A stretch of 61,180 nt of DNA, the filler included, from Hausera hauseri (lineage: Eukaryota), in the NCBI GenBank assembly GCA_046269625.1. It is 10 parts of 10 records of this genome, joined end to end, with 100 filler letters (N's around TTAATTAATTAA, not from the genome) between each part and the next. Parts side by side here need not be neighbours in the genome. Positions count along the whole stretch, not along the records: positions 42,186 to 47,343 come from JBJURY010319161.1; positions 47,444 to 51,904 come from JBJURY010569006.1; positions 52,005 to 56,223 come from JBJURY010693660.1; positions 56,324 to 61,180 come from JBJURY010413589.1; 6 more parts are not named here. One strand, 5' to 3'. Of the stretch, positions 43,349-56,896 are shown one piece after another; within the stretch, counting starts at the first letter, position 1, and each line of letters opens with the position of its first letter. The notes beneath the pieces are model-generated. The model had not been told where the DNA came from. It saw nothing but the letters and a program-made list of their open reading frames with translations, and ran no database searches. The translations under genes and the position numbers were made by a program.

Positions 43349-46300
43349 ATGCGTTGTGGCGGACGTAATTCCGTGGTAGACTTAACTGAATCTCAGTCAT
43401 ATTGGTATCTAATTGGGAATGTAAAGAAAAACTTAAGGATAAATGAGGAATTCATTCTATTACATGCCGGAAAACCTCTACGGACCGATGGAGCAGTGAA
43501 AAGCCTGAGACACGGTGCAACAATTCATTTAACGTTCCAGCTAAGGGGAGGAAGCGAGATAACAACGGACGAACTCCAAGAACGTATTGCCGAGCGACAA
43601 AGACCCATAAATGAATTGGCTTTGATTCGAAGAAGATCGATGGATGTAAATTTGAACGAACATGATTATAACGCATTCCATCAAAGTTATGAGAAAATCT
43701 TTTCGAATGTCCAAGAAGAACTGTGTATATTGATAACCGCAGCCAGGAAATTAAAATGGAAAGAGAATGTAACATTACTAGAGAATGAAATAGAGAAACT
43801 AGACGAACAGAATGAAAATATCAACGCAGTTATCTATGAAAGAAGCCTAAGGGAAAGCAAATCGACAATTAATACAACAAGAGGCGCAGATAGTGGTATA
43901 AAGGAAAATGTTATACTGCCATAATTGCAGAAGTTAGAACTCCCAAAGTTTGGCGGTATAGTTACAGTGTGATAAATGGAAGAGAACGTTTGACACCTGC
44001 GTTTATAAGACGCCAATGTCTGACATCTACAAAGAATTACAATTGAATTAGTGCCTTAATGGAGAGCCAAAAGGCTAATCGAGAATTTTGATTTGTCAGA
44101 AGAGGGTTATAAAGCTGCAATTGAAAAACTTGACTCCTATTACGGAGGGGAACAACGGTGTTATGCCGCCTTTATGACTGAGGTGATGCGTTTCAAACCG
44201 ATTAAGGAAGAAGACATCGTAGGCCTAGATAGGTTTGTTGCATTGTTGGATGGCATAACAGTAAGATTGCAAAATTTGGGAAGGAAAGAAGAATTAGGTG
44301 GAGGGTTGTTATATCAAAGCCTAATGGAAAGGTTGCCCTAGTCTATAGTATTGCTATGGGAAAGACACGTTGCTGAAAATAAGTCGAGTCGAACAGTTCA
44401 AGAACTAAAAGTATTGGTAGAATTGGAAGCGAGCGTTCGAAGGAATACAATTGAAAGAGTCAGAGGTATAAATACTTTTAACCCAGGAAGAGACTACGAG
44501 TCTGATCGGATATGCGGTGAGAATGAATTGACAATTGAAAAAGGTTCCCCGTTCATAATAAATATTATGCACCTTCGAAAAGGCATGAGTTTCAAAGAAA
44601 ATCGCAAGGAAGTTTCTATGTAAACAAAGATGTCGACAGGAATAAGAAATCAATTCTCAACGAAATGGAAAAAGGGAGTAGTATTAAATCGACGAACAAA
44701 ACCGAAAACCAAATATGCTGGGAGTTAGAGAAAAACGGAGATTGCAAATTTGGAAATAAATGTAAATATCTACACGTTAATGCGGGAAATAGTAAAACGC
44801 AAGTTTGTACGTATTATGAGAGGGAATTGTAAATATGGAGAGAAATGTTGTTATACTCATGAACCGCCCTCAAAGAAAAACACGTTTAAGAAACAAGAAA
44901 GAACGTTTTACACTGTACAAAGTGATGAGGAACCAAGGAAGTAGGAGGGTGAATACGAGGAAGAAGTTATAGAAGCACAAGTTAGCTCTTACGTGACCCG
45001 ACGATCAGAAGAGGCGATAGCAGGAAATAAAATAGCTTTGCGAACTGTGGATGTGGGGTTGGAAAATGGAGAGCGAAAAGTAAAGATGTGTATGTTGTTG
45101 GACGACGCGAGTACAGAATGTTTTGTGAGACACTCCGTCGCTGAACAATTAAGATTAGTTAGTACCCAGGAGAGTGTCCGTTATGGTGGTAGGTGGGAAG
45201 ACAACAATCGAAGATGGAAAGGGTAAAAATGAGGTTACGAAGTAAAAACGGGAAGGTTAACATCCTATTTGAAGCGTTGGTCCTTCATGATCCAACAGGA
45301 AAAATGATGGCCGTGAATTGGGAGATCGAAAAAAGCAAATGGCCACATTTGAGAGAAATAAAGTTTGCCGCTCAAAAATCGCCGAAATCGGTTGATGGGA
45401 TAATCGGAGCGAACTATATACATTTGCATAGGTCTATAAAGAAAATAGCAGGAAAAGCAAACGAACCGGTAGCCAGACTGACTCCACTCGGATGGACGTG
45501 CGTTGGTGTGATTGGAAATGAAAGGAAAAAGGTAAGGACAAATTTCGTTAGAACATTTTGGACAAGAACCGATGAAGTGCAAGAGGATTGGAACAGATTA
45601 TGGGAAGCAGAACATAAGTTCCAAGAAAGGACGGAGTTAAATAACTTAGAGACTGAACTGTTAGAAAGAGTTACGAATGGAATAAAATATGAAAAAGACA
45701 GATTTTGCGTTAAGTTACCGTGGAAAGAAGAGAAGCATCCAGATGTCAGTGGGATTGACTCATCATGGATGGCAAAGAGAAGATTAGACTTGCTAATAAA
45801 GAAATTGGATAAGGATATTAGAGTAAAAGACGAATATAATAAAGTCATTAAAGAATACGAAGAAAGATCATACATAAGAAAAATATCGGACGAGGAAGAA
45901 AAGGAGACAAAATGGTTATTACCACATTTTCCTGTAGTTAAGTTTGATCGTGACACGACAAAATGTTGAATAGTGTTTGACGCAGCAGCGAAGAACAAAG
46001 AAAAATGTCTAAATGATTTCTTTGAGGTCGGCCCGTAATTACAACTTGATGTAGTTGACATCTTACTTCGAATGCGTCGCAACAAATACGTCTTAATTTG
46101 CGACATACACGAGATGTTCCTTCAAATTTCAGTGGATTCAGCAGATAAAAAATACCTACGTTTTTTATGGAAGAAAAATGATAAGGAAATTTCTTACGAA
46201 TTTAACAGACTGGTATTTGGATTGAATAGTTCCCCGTTTTTAGCGCAGTTAGTATCCAGAGTTAATGCAGAAGAGTTTAAGGAAGCATATCCAAGAGCAG

Positions 46301-47343
46301 TAGAAACCATAACGTGTTCAACATATATGGATGATTGCATAGACGCAGTACCTACAGAAGAAGCAGTAGTAGAATTATACCACGGACTGAATACGATATG
46401 GAATAGAGCAGGAATGGTTCCGTATAAATGGGCAACTAATTCAGAACAACTTGTCGCTGAAATCCCACATGTGAAGAGATCGAAGGAATATAATATATTG
46501 GAGAAAAACACGATTATCACAAAGGCATTACGTATGAAGTGGGAAGTAAAAAAGATAAATACTCGTTTGATAAAAAGGCTATAATTGAAGATATAATCAC
46601 TAAGAGCACATTACTGAGTCAGGTAGCCAAAATATATAATCCGTTGGGATTCTTAAGTTGTTACACCATAACTGGAAAAATGATAATACAAGAGTTATGG
46701 ATTGGAAATTATGGATGGGATCAAAAACTGCCAGATGAAGTGACGAAAAGAATAAAATCTTGGATGAAACAGGCCTGCCTATTGAACGAAATAGAGACCG
46801 AGAGGTACCTGAGGTTGGACAAAGATAGGGACTGGGAATTACATATATTTTGTGACGCCTCAAGATTAGCTTATGGCGCAGTAGGATATGTCAGAACAAG
46901 AAAAAAGGATGAAACCTTTTTCACCACATTGGTGACGGCAAAAGCAAAAGTAACTCCAGTAAAACCAGTAGCGATACGTAGATTGGAATTTCTGGCGGCT
47001 TGTGTAAGGATCAAATTGAAGGGAAGATTAATAAAGGCTCTGGAAGGGAAGGACGAAATGTTACACTTTGGACCGATAGCAAAAATGTGCTACATTGGAT
47101 CCGAAATTGCAGTAAACACTATAAGACATTTGTAGCAAATCGTATAGTGTATATACAGGAACATTCTTCGAACGTTCAGTGGAAATATGTGACGACAAGC
47201 AAAAATCCAGCCGACGCGTTGTCAAGAGGCCAATCTATACAGGAAATAAAGAGGAATTATAATTGGTGGCGTGGACCAAAGTTCCTGTCTGAATATGAAG
47301 TTAGTTGGCCGGAACAACCCCAAGAATTTTCGAAGAAAACGGA
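43349..47343 (+). mobile_element. Decayed BEL/Pao LTR retrotransposon (Gag-PR-RT-RNase H; integrase beyond the contig end)
   Basis: DUF1759-like KLELPKFGG and EEGYKAAIEKLDSYYG. Protease LLDDASTECFV. ARLTPLGW. WLLPHFPVVK...VFDAAA. RT FGLNSSPFLA...YMDD. RNase H LHIFCDASRLAYGAVGY...WTDS...FVANR...NPADALSRG...WWRGP. Many stops and frameshifts. Confidence 0.93.
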
Positions 47344-48819
47344 NNNNNNNNNNNNNNNNNNNNNNNNNNNNNNNNNNNNNNNNNNNNTTAATTAATTAAN
47401 NNNNNNNNNNNNNNNNNNNNNNNNNNNNNNNNNNNNNNNNNNNCGATCTCATAAAATGGCGAAAAGTTGCTCCTTCTGGAGGCCACACGAGCTCGCTGAC
47501 TTTATCCGGAAATCGACTCTGCAAAGCTTCGGTAAAATCATCATTTGTCCGGAACATTTCTGTATATAAACCAAGACGCGCATTATGAATTGTAAAATTC
47601 TCCCGATATCCTATAAAAATATAAATTATATTATAAATAATAAAAATAATATACCTTGTATGTTTCTTTCATTACGACTAATATTCGACGATTGCGACAT
47701 GCGTTTGTAATATGAAAATTTGTATAAATTTATTTAAATTTATACAAAATCTCATATAACTATATGCATGCATAGCGAAAACAAAGGTACAATCAATAAC
47801 GATGGTATTGAATCAGCAGTTTATAAAGTTTCTTTACATATTTTGAGAATGAGCATCCAATAAGATATGCTTCTATATATAGCTGCATTCTTATTGGATG
47901 CTCATTCTCATTCTACTCTATATACTTTCTATCTTCTATCTAAAAAAAGTATATAGAGTAGTACTACTTACAAATATATTACTTATATTTGTAAGTAGTA
48001 TAAAGTATTCCGATTAACATGAAACAGGATGTTTGATTAAAATAAAATAGGGGACTGCATAATGTTTTTTGCCGAGAGATGCAGACATTGTGAGTTAGAA
48101 GTGGTTCAGTGTCTGGACCATAAGATTCATGAATTAAAATGAAACTACTAATGGGTTCAAGAAACATGCCCCGGGGCGACATCGCATCTCGCTGCTTTAG
48201 AAACTATCAGAAAAATGTATCCTTAAATAACAATGCTGTGAATGAAGTAAACATGCTGTGGTATGTGTAAAGTGGCAGTATATAATGATATAAACATACT
48301 GTGGTGGGTGAAAAGTGGCAGCATATAATGATACTTCTGCCCACCCAACATTTAAATCATTGTTTGTTTTTCTGGTCGTTACTTCTGACTTGTTCAGAGA
48401 ACGGCAGGAAACTAAAATTATATCTGGCATATACCATGTGGGAGATTTTCTACAAAAAATATTTAGATTTGAGTCTAATCGATGTGTTTTTATTCCTCTG
48501 AAATAGAAACAGTTCATCTATTCTACAGCTGTCAACATGTTGGTGATTTCTGGTCTGATATTCATAGTTGGGTCTCATTTAAAATCTCTAATGAACCCCT
48601 TTTACATCTAAAGATGTTCTTTATTTTATGGACAATTTGGTCCCTGATGCTTCTGATATAATTAATCTTGTTTGTTTTGTTCAATTTAACTCTTTTGTTA
48701 TAAAACCACTCTTTTTACGGTTTATTCTGAAAACTGTAATACTGTCAAATTCCCCTTACTTGTGTTGTATACAATATAAGTTTTCAATTTAAAAAAAAAA
48801 AAAAAGTTCAGATTGAGCT

Positions 48820-48880
48820 CTTATTTTGAAGGCCAGCCGCTAACGGAAGTGACTTCCTCCCCTCACCGGAAGCTAAAATG
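48820..48880 (+). promoter_or_regulatory. Putative promoter of the fish NLR gene (ETS-type motifs)
   Basis: CGGAAGTGACTTCC and ACCGGAAG lie upstream of a likely non-coding exon ending at the CAG/GTTTG donor near 49066. Confidence 0.4.
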
Positions 48881-49431
48881 TTCCGTTTAGCCTTGTTGTT
48901 TGTAGCTAGCAGCAGCTAACTGTACGGAGCTGCAGCAGCTGCACGTGGAGACGGCAGGTCAGAACCGAAGAAGAAGAGAAGTGGGAGGAGTTTAGATCTG
49001 CTGATCAGGAAGAGAAAGAACAACAGAAGCTGTTTTACAGCCTCATCCTTCTGCTGCTCACATCAGGTTTGTGTGTTCTGATTCTTTCTCTTTAATCTGA
49101 CGATGTTAGAGGTTAGCAGCAGGCTTCTGCTAGCTAACGGGTTTCTCCTCTCTAGAAGCACGTGAGTAGCTCTCTGTGCTAACATCTTAGCATGCTAACA
49201 GATGACGTCATGGATGAGCTCTGTTGTAAACTCCTCAGTAAGGATAGAAGCTGAGGCAGTCCAGCTCCAGTCCTTCAGCTGCTTTGAACTCTTGTTAACA
49301 TCTTTAAGTTTTCCTACATTTGTTCTGTCATTATTGTGACTTTGTTCATCAAATGTCATCTAAAGCTTCAGCTTTGAGCCTTTTTTCTTCTGACTGCAGC
49401 ACAAGCTGTGAGCAGCAGATGTTAGAATCAG

Positions 49432-49980
49432 ATGAAAGAGGAAACAGTTCAGACTGGTGAAAAACTGATGGTTCAGGACTCTTCAGCTGCCAGCCTTGTT
49501 CCAAATGACAGAAGAAGACGTTTGTCCTGTAAACAGGTGAGTTTCCTGGCAGAGGAGCCCTCAGAGGCTCAGCTGCCTGTAAAGATGAAGCAGCAGAGCT
49601 CAGAGGTTCCCAGGTCTCAGTCCTCCCAGCAGCAGCATCAGAGCCAGCTGGACTCCATGTTTGTGGTGCGTACCTGTCCAACAGTGAGCAGAGACACAGG
49701 AGCTAGCTTAGCTTAGCTCAGCCTGTCTCCATCATGTGTTTGTCTCATTCACAGCTGCTGGAGGACAAGATGGTCACGTTTGTGAAGAAGGAGCTGAAGA
49801 AGATCCAGAAGCTTCTTAGTTCACATCCTTCCCAGAGCTTAGAGAGTCAAAGGGCCGATGAAGAGGATGTAGATGGTGAGGAAGATGAGAAGAGGAGCAA
49901 CAGAGAAGCCTTTCTGAAGCTCACGCTACATTTCCTGAGGAAGATGAAGCAGGAGGAGCTGGCTGAGCGTCTGCAGAGCA
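49432..49980 (+). CDS. Teleost NLR (NLRC3-like/FISNA-NACHT family) N-terminal exons, partial; exon ...-49665, intron 49666-49754, exon 49755-49980
   Basis: Spliced reading QQSSEVPRSQSSQQQHQSQLDSMFV|LLEDKMVTFVKKELKKIQKLL...REAFLKLTLHFLRKMKQEELAERLQS is the typical fish NLR N-terminal segment. GT/AG sites are correctly placed. Confidence 0.85.
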
Positions 49981-52364
49981 GTAAGAAGAAAACATTTTCC
50001 TGACTTATTTACAGATGGAGGAAGAATTCTTTCTTCACTGCTGAGTTTGAATGTTTGATCTTAGAAAAAAGACATTAACTTTTGGCTTTTCTAACTCTTA
50101 GTTTTTGTTTTATTTAGTTGAAGTGAACAATAATTGTCTACAATGAGCTTCAGGTTGAAATGAATAAGATCAGAGCTTCTCCTCTGAACACGTTGCTCCA
50201 CCACCACAGATTTCTGTCATTTTTAAAATGAAGAAAATACAAAACAAAGCTGTGTTTTCTGTGTGGTCTCGTTAAAGCTGTCTAATCCACTGATACTGGA
50301 TTAAACTGCTGCTTACAACAAACCAGATGAAGCAGAGCCACCTGATTTCCTAATATTGAGGCTAAAACAAATGTTTTAGGTGCAGGGAGGGGCAGTCTTC
50401 ATGTCCTGTAATAAATCAGTCCAGCAGGATCAGCAGCGCTCTCATACACACACACGTTTGTTCTTCTATCCTCATGGGGACTTTGCACTGACTTCCATTT
50501 ATCTCCTGGTCATTTGTGTAGCCCAACATAAGCTCTCAGGTACACTGTAAACCCACATTAGTAATCATTACTAAAGCCCTTTTAGCTGACTGATTGTACT
50601 CATATGTTTAGTTTTTACAAAATCAAAAAACAAACAAATCAAGCTCTGTTTACATGAAGGGTTGTGTCCAAGATACATTACTAAAGAAATCAGGTTTTAA
50701 GAACTCATGTTTACGATTGACTCAACATTACTAATGTTTATTAGTAATCAGTACTCACGTTTATCAGTAAATGTTACTCACATTTATCAGTATTCATATC
50801 TCATGTAAATATGAATTATTAAATGTAAAATATAAACATCAATTAGTTTTTATATGCAATTCAAACATTTTAAACATGTAAAGATGAGAACTTTCACCAA
50901 TGTAAAGACTTTAATCATGAACAAAAACCAATAAATATTGAGGTACCAGAGTCGTCAGCTATTCCACAACAACTGCACCATCACTAACTGTTTTCAGGCC
51001 TCCCATTGGTCAATTAAATTACTGAATTACAACAGATTGCCTGAATAATGACAGAAGAAGAATAAGGAAATATATTGCTGTGTTCCGGTTGTATCAGAAC
51101 TCGATATTCTGAAACCAGACTGACGTCAGGTCCGAGCTAAAAGTGTTCCAGTTTCAAACGTCGGAAAAAGAATTTCTATTTTTGTCCTCTGCAACAATAA
51201 CACAATAATCGTGCTCAACGAAGTATTTTGAGCCTGCAAACAGTGTTAAAATATTTATTTTATTATGACTATAAAGCACTACAAGTACGTATGACTTAAT
51301 GTAAAATAACACAGAACTGCTAAAACACCTAAAAGTAAAGAGTTTCATGCTGCAGCCATGTTGAAATGATGACGTAATGCATGTTTGGGTTTGGTTTGGA
51401 TGAGTCTACTTCCTGACTAGAAACCAAGACTTCAGGGGGCGTTCTAGTTGAAAAATAGAATTGGAAGCTCGAAACTACGACCTCCGAGGACAACTGGAAC
51501 GCAGCATGTGCTGTAATGTGTGCTGCTTTTACAAAATATCAAGGCAAACAAGTTACTATGTATCTAGTAACTGTAATAAGAGGTTGAAGTTGTATTGGTA
51601 TTAAATAGGTATTAAAAGATATTAAATTTAACTTAAAGGGCACCTATCGTGCAAAATTCACCTTTTTCTTGTTTTTAAACTTACGTTTGGGTTTGTGCTG
51701 CTTCTATAAACAGTCCAAACACCAAAAAAATGCACCCAGCCATTATTTTTCTATAATTAAATGTATTTTTAGGTATCTGGAAACATGCATTTTACCAAAC
51801 CTCGTTATTTTGGCGTCACAATAACAAACCAGAGCCCTAATCCTTATCTGGCAACCCAAGGTGGAGCTCCGCCCCCTTCTTTACCGTACGAATATTTGTT
51901 CTGCNNNNNNNNNNNNNNNNNNNNNNNNNNNNNNNNNNNNNNNNNNNNTTAATTAATTAANNNNNNNNNNNNNNNNNNNNNNNNNNNNNNNNNNNNNNNN
52001 NNNNGGGAACTGGGGAAGTTTAGTTTGATTTGACTTACTCATTGTGTGTTTTTGATTATGATTAATAAAGGTATTTGAGTTTATGTTTTATATTTTAGTA
52101 ATACTGCATTTTTCACTGTATGTTGTTAATTACAGGTCATTAACAATAATGTGTAGCGCGTAACCCGTTTATGTAATATTTCCTCTAAACTTAAGCTTCA
52201 TTCCCTTGTTAACTTAAAACTACGTAAAACAAAAGACAAAAACCAGTGTACAAAATACGTTATTGGAATATAATACAACATGTACAATAGAAAGAAAAAT
52301 CACAAATTGTCAATAATCTGGGTGGACTGAATTGCATATTTGAACTGGTCTGTCGGTACATGTT

Positions 52365-55300
52365 TTATTTCACACGCCAATGCCCATACGCCCAATTCTT
52401 ATTTTGCCCCACCCACTTTCGCTTGTCATCGTTGCATGACAAAGCAACCTTTTTATTTATGATGGTATACAGCTGGTGCTCTATCGATCGTATGGTCGTT
52501 TGATACACAACAGCCTTTCCTTCTCCGCCTTCTTCTTCTTGTCCATCATAGACACGGCAATAATCACCGTGATTTATTTCCGTCTGTTTCAGATGGATGC
52601 CTTTTGCCCGCATTTTCGGCTTACAGTTCGTCGGAAGACTGTAACACTTTGGGCGCAAAAATATCCATTCCATGTATTGAACCCGGCCTTCACTTTCGAC
52701 CTTGAAGCAGCCGATTTTGTTTGTTATCACGCTACTGTACAGTGGATGGTTCTGTGGGTAGTTGGAGGTGTCCAGTAGTCCACCTGACATCATTTTTCGG
52801 AGCAGCTGGTCTCGAATGATGTTTTTCAGCTGAAGAAAAAAGCTGTCTGTGTCACCGGCAACGATACTGATCTCACAGCCGCCGCCGCCGAATATTTGCC
52901 AGTAACGTGCCAAGTCGCGATAATGGAGCTCGTACATTTGCAACTTGCTCAGGTCCAATACCACTTAATCGAAGTAGCTTGGCCGGTCCAGTACGACTTC
53001 TTCTTTGTTTAGAAGCACGGCGACCAATCGATCGGCAATGTGTACTAACCGCCTGAACTGATCCTTGCTGGTGTACGTAACTAGTCGTTTTTGGTTGTTG
53101 TTACACAAGCGTACATTGAGCCGCTTCTTCAGATTTGCCGCTGCTTTCCCGTACAGTGAATTGTTTTTGAGCTTGTAATAGTCCTTTTCGAACTTTGTAC
53201 AAGCTGCGGCTCGTTTTGCGGAATTTTCATCAATGTACACCTTGAATACCGGCGCCTAATTGAAGAGGATTGCACGATGCAGCTGTGTGACGCGTACACC
53301 GAGCTGGATGTAAAACTGCAGTAGACGCCAATGAACCACGTAATTTGATTTGGGTTTATGTGTCAATTGCAGCTTCTTTACTTTTGAGCTGCCGGGCGGA
53401 CATTGGCTAATTGGTGCGACCGGCAATTCATCAAGAAATTTACGCAGCTCATCTGGTACCACGAGATCGACCTGCATCAGATATCCGATTGAGCTGTTTT
53501 CTGCTGTTGTCTTGTCTGACGCCCTCGACAGATTTTTCAGTATTGTGTCCAGGTCCTGTTTTTCGACTATCCATTCGAATGAACCATACGGCAAGGGTTG
53601 TGATAGCGCCCAGCCGTACAGGTTATTAATATCGATGTACAACATTGATGTTGTATCATCACTGGTTACGTGATTTTTGTTGACAAATGTCATGCCGCCA
53701 CGAATACCAGTATCAAATAGTCGGTACATTTTCGGGTGTTGCAACAGCTCAATTTCCCTGTCCAGCGACATTAGTGCTGATGCCCAACTCATCCCCAGTA
53801 TGGTGTAAAAGTTTAGCGGCTCCAGCATACCTTACACCAAAGCCTTAGAACGAAATGTCTGAAACACATCGGCTAACAAGTACACGTCCAGTTTCAGGTA
53901 CTGAAGCATGTACTCCAGCATGTTCCTGCAGCCGAGCTCTGTCAACGCTTCCTTTGCTCTGCGGTACTCGTCCTCTGTGATTCCGGCCCACTGTGGCGGC
54001 AATTCATCTGTTGTCGGAGGCCGCTCGTATGACACAACAAAGTCATATGGGAATATGCCTTTGTTGTGTGCAATATGCGCGGGGAACTGCGTCAGTGTTA
54101 GCGGCACATCCGTCAAGGCATTTAAGAGCTTTGCTAGAGACTCATTGAGGAACTGCAATGAGTCAAGAAATCGTATCTGAAACCAGTTTATGCGTGTCGA
54201 TAAGAACAGGTACTTCTCCATCGTTGTTGGGATTATGGATAGCTCCCAGTGTGGAAATCCGCTGATGGCCAATTTCAGAATATGGTGACAGTCATCACCC
54301 CTAAAGTTATGAAATATCACCAGCAGGAATGGCCGCACCCGTCTTGCCAAATTGCATGAATTGCATGCTGGTCCCAAGTATCGACTAATGAAATGATCGT
54401 GATCCGGTACTAGCTGTTCCTGTGCATCGAACGGCAATATTTTGTTGCACATGTAACATTCGTCAGTGGCAGCGAAAAGCAGTGGTTCATATTCGTCTGC
54501 CAAGATCAAGGGTTTAGTGCTATTATTCCAGTACCACGGCGCGATTTCCGTTTCCACTATTGTCTCCAACTGATGCAGAAAATTGCGGACACAGTTCCAT
54601 CCGTGCAAAACGTAGTATTGTGGTTGTCTCTCGGCTTTAATTGGCACAACCAGCATGCCGACGGCGATTGGGACATGCTTTTGGACGTTGATGTTGTGTT
54701 GTGGTAAAATTGCCTCGATATCGGCATATACCACATATGTCGGACTGTCGATTTTTGACCAGTCACTGAATGTCAGTTTCTTTTTGACTGGCATGACATA
54801 CATTATTTTTCCTGTTGCATTTTTCCTGCACAGTGCCACATGCTTTTCCCTGTCGCTTCTGACCAAAAGCCATGTAGACATGTGGGACACCATTTGCAGC
54901 GTATGCGTTTTAGGACAAACAGATCATGGTCCATGTTTATTAGTCTATCCAAATTTGTTCCTGGGCGTCCATTTGGGTTCCGACTGCGGTAGATTATGTC
55001 TACACTGGGATTTTTGCACATTTCTTCATCTGTCGGTATTTCTATGATTGTGTTGTACCGGAACACGTTTATTTCCAGTGTCGTATTGCCCCATTCAAAA
55101 GCCGGAATGGTTTTGAGTTTCATCGGCATCCAACATTCGCCGTAGTCCAATACTGAGAAATACTTACTGTACTGCTTTGGACCATTTGCATGATGTCTGG
55201 ACACTTGATCATATTTCAGTATGGCCACAATGCTGTAAATAAAGCAGTATTCGTCGTTAGTATTTTGTACATTTACTACCGCCAGAGACTGCTTCAAGGA

Positions 55301-56158
55301 TGCAGGGGTAGGCAAGAATGATCGTCCGGACCGCTAAATCATGTCACTCGTCTTGGACAGAATAAAGCCGAGAGTGACAATCTTTACAATTCGCCAGCAG
55401 CTGCCTTTTTCCGTATAGTTTGCGATTTTTTCATCAAGCTTTTCGCCAATGTCCCCAACAGTGAATTCTTCGGTATTTAGCAGAGCTCGATGTGACAGGT
55501 ACCATTGTTTCCTGTCACCTTGCACGTTTTCGAATTCTGCAAGCACATAATACTGCACTTTGCAGCTGTTGCGTTTGAATTTCCGCATTTCAACTTCCAG
55601 TCGGTTTCGCACACTGGAGGGGACATATCTCAATTGCTTTGCTGTTGTAGTTGCCGCTGACATGTCCACCTTCAGGTCCACGTACGATCTGTTTAGATCG
55701 TACTTGACGGTAATGGGAGGTTCCTGCTGGTCATGTTGCTGCTGCTGCTGCTGTTGCTTACTGCTGCTGCTGCTTTGCGCGTATTCGTCAAGGCTTGTGA
55801 ATGCTTGACGTTTCCTACTGGTTGTTGTTGTTGCTGTTGTTGAGGGGATGCTTCTTTTTGTTGAGTCCATGACTAGTTGCTTTTTGGACCGCTTAAACGG
55901 GTTTAAGTTGCCCTTGTGTTGATTATAGAATTGTTCGTAGTTGATTTGATCATCATCATCAACTATAGAATAACAACCGGGGCAATCATAGGCCCGTTTA
56001 CTTTGCAGTGTTGTGGTGATGCCATAGTACTGCTCCATTGCAGTGTGGCAACCATCAACGTTATGCACTCTGCTAGTACAGTATTGTGGGTATGTGGGGC
56101 AATGCGCAAGCATCATCTTCTTAGACCGCGTAAACGGCCCAAGATGATGCTTGTGCAT
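52365..56158 (-). pseudogene. Polinton/Maverick- or adintovirus-type protein-primed DNA polymerase B, decayed (copy 1)
   Basis: GSCWRIV; VVNVQN..EYCF; YADIEA (Exo I); C..C...DHDH...GPACNSCN; FHNFRGDD; FLDSLQFL..SL; KGIFPYD; YLKLDVYLLADVF; YIDINNLYGWALSQPLP; KLKNNSLYGK; GDTDS; FLRPKCY; RAKGI; DDKR...YGH. Four in-frame stops and one frameshift. Confidence 0.92.
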
Positions 56159-56446
56159 CCAGTAAAAGTCAGCATACGGGCACTAGGTTGAAGTATTGCA
56201 CGTCGGACATAGATACGTGTCCANNNNNNNNNNNNNNNNNNNNNNNNNNNNNNNNNNNNNNNNNNNNTTAATTAATTAANNNNNNNNNNNNNNNNNNNNN
56301 NNNNNNNNNNNNNNNNNNNNNNNTATGTTTAATCCACTACATTATGTATTTGCGTAAGTGAATTTTAGTACAGTACATGCAATATATGCTATTTTAGACC
56401 TACAGTACATTGCTGAACAAACAAGGCACAAGAAACAAATGCCTAT

Positions 56447-56791
56447 TTGACGCAAAATCATCATAAACTGACGTGGGAAGAATATAATACCCAGTTTTGC
56501 AAAGATTGCCTCATGCGAGACATTGACACTGTGTGCGATATACGTGAGGCCACGTTCTACGTCAAGGATCATGCTGATGGGCGAAAGAAGAAGATATTTA
56601 ACATTAAATTTCCAGAATTACGAATATGTGCATATGAATGTGGCAAATTGGTATCTATACTAAATAACATTACATGTATTTATCGTGAAAATGGTTTACA
56701 TTGTGCTTATAAAAAGTGTTTAGCGTTATGTCGAAGTTATGTTGTTGCGAAATACGTGTGTTATGAAATTAGTTGGCCTTATCCTACATAG
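56447..56791 (+). CDS. Cys-rich hypothetical ORF convergent with pPolB copy 2 (possible Polinton/virus accessory gene, probably 5' truncated)
   Basis: CKDC, CAYEC, HCAYKKCLALC; tail-to-tail with PolB with a ~100-bp AT-rich gap. Confidence 0.35.
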   Translation: MTQNHHKLTWEEYNTQFCKDCLMRDIDTVCDIREATFYVKDHADGRKKKIFNIKFPELRICAYECGKLVSILNNITCIYRENGLHCAYKKCLALCRSYVVAKYVCYEISWPYPT

Positions 56792-56896
56792 TAGTTACTT
56801 AGTTTTACTTAGCCTTATTATATATCCCACATTACTTGATCAAGAAGACAAAACGATATTTTTATACAAGATTTATTAACAAAGATATTTACGTAT

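Noticed and set aside
42192-43368. 277-aa and 112-aa ORFs upstream of the BEL Gag
   Set aside because: No recognisable motifs; they cannot be assigned from sequence alone.
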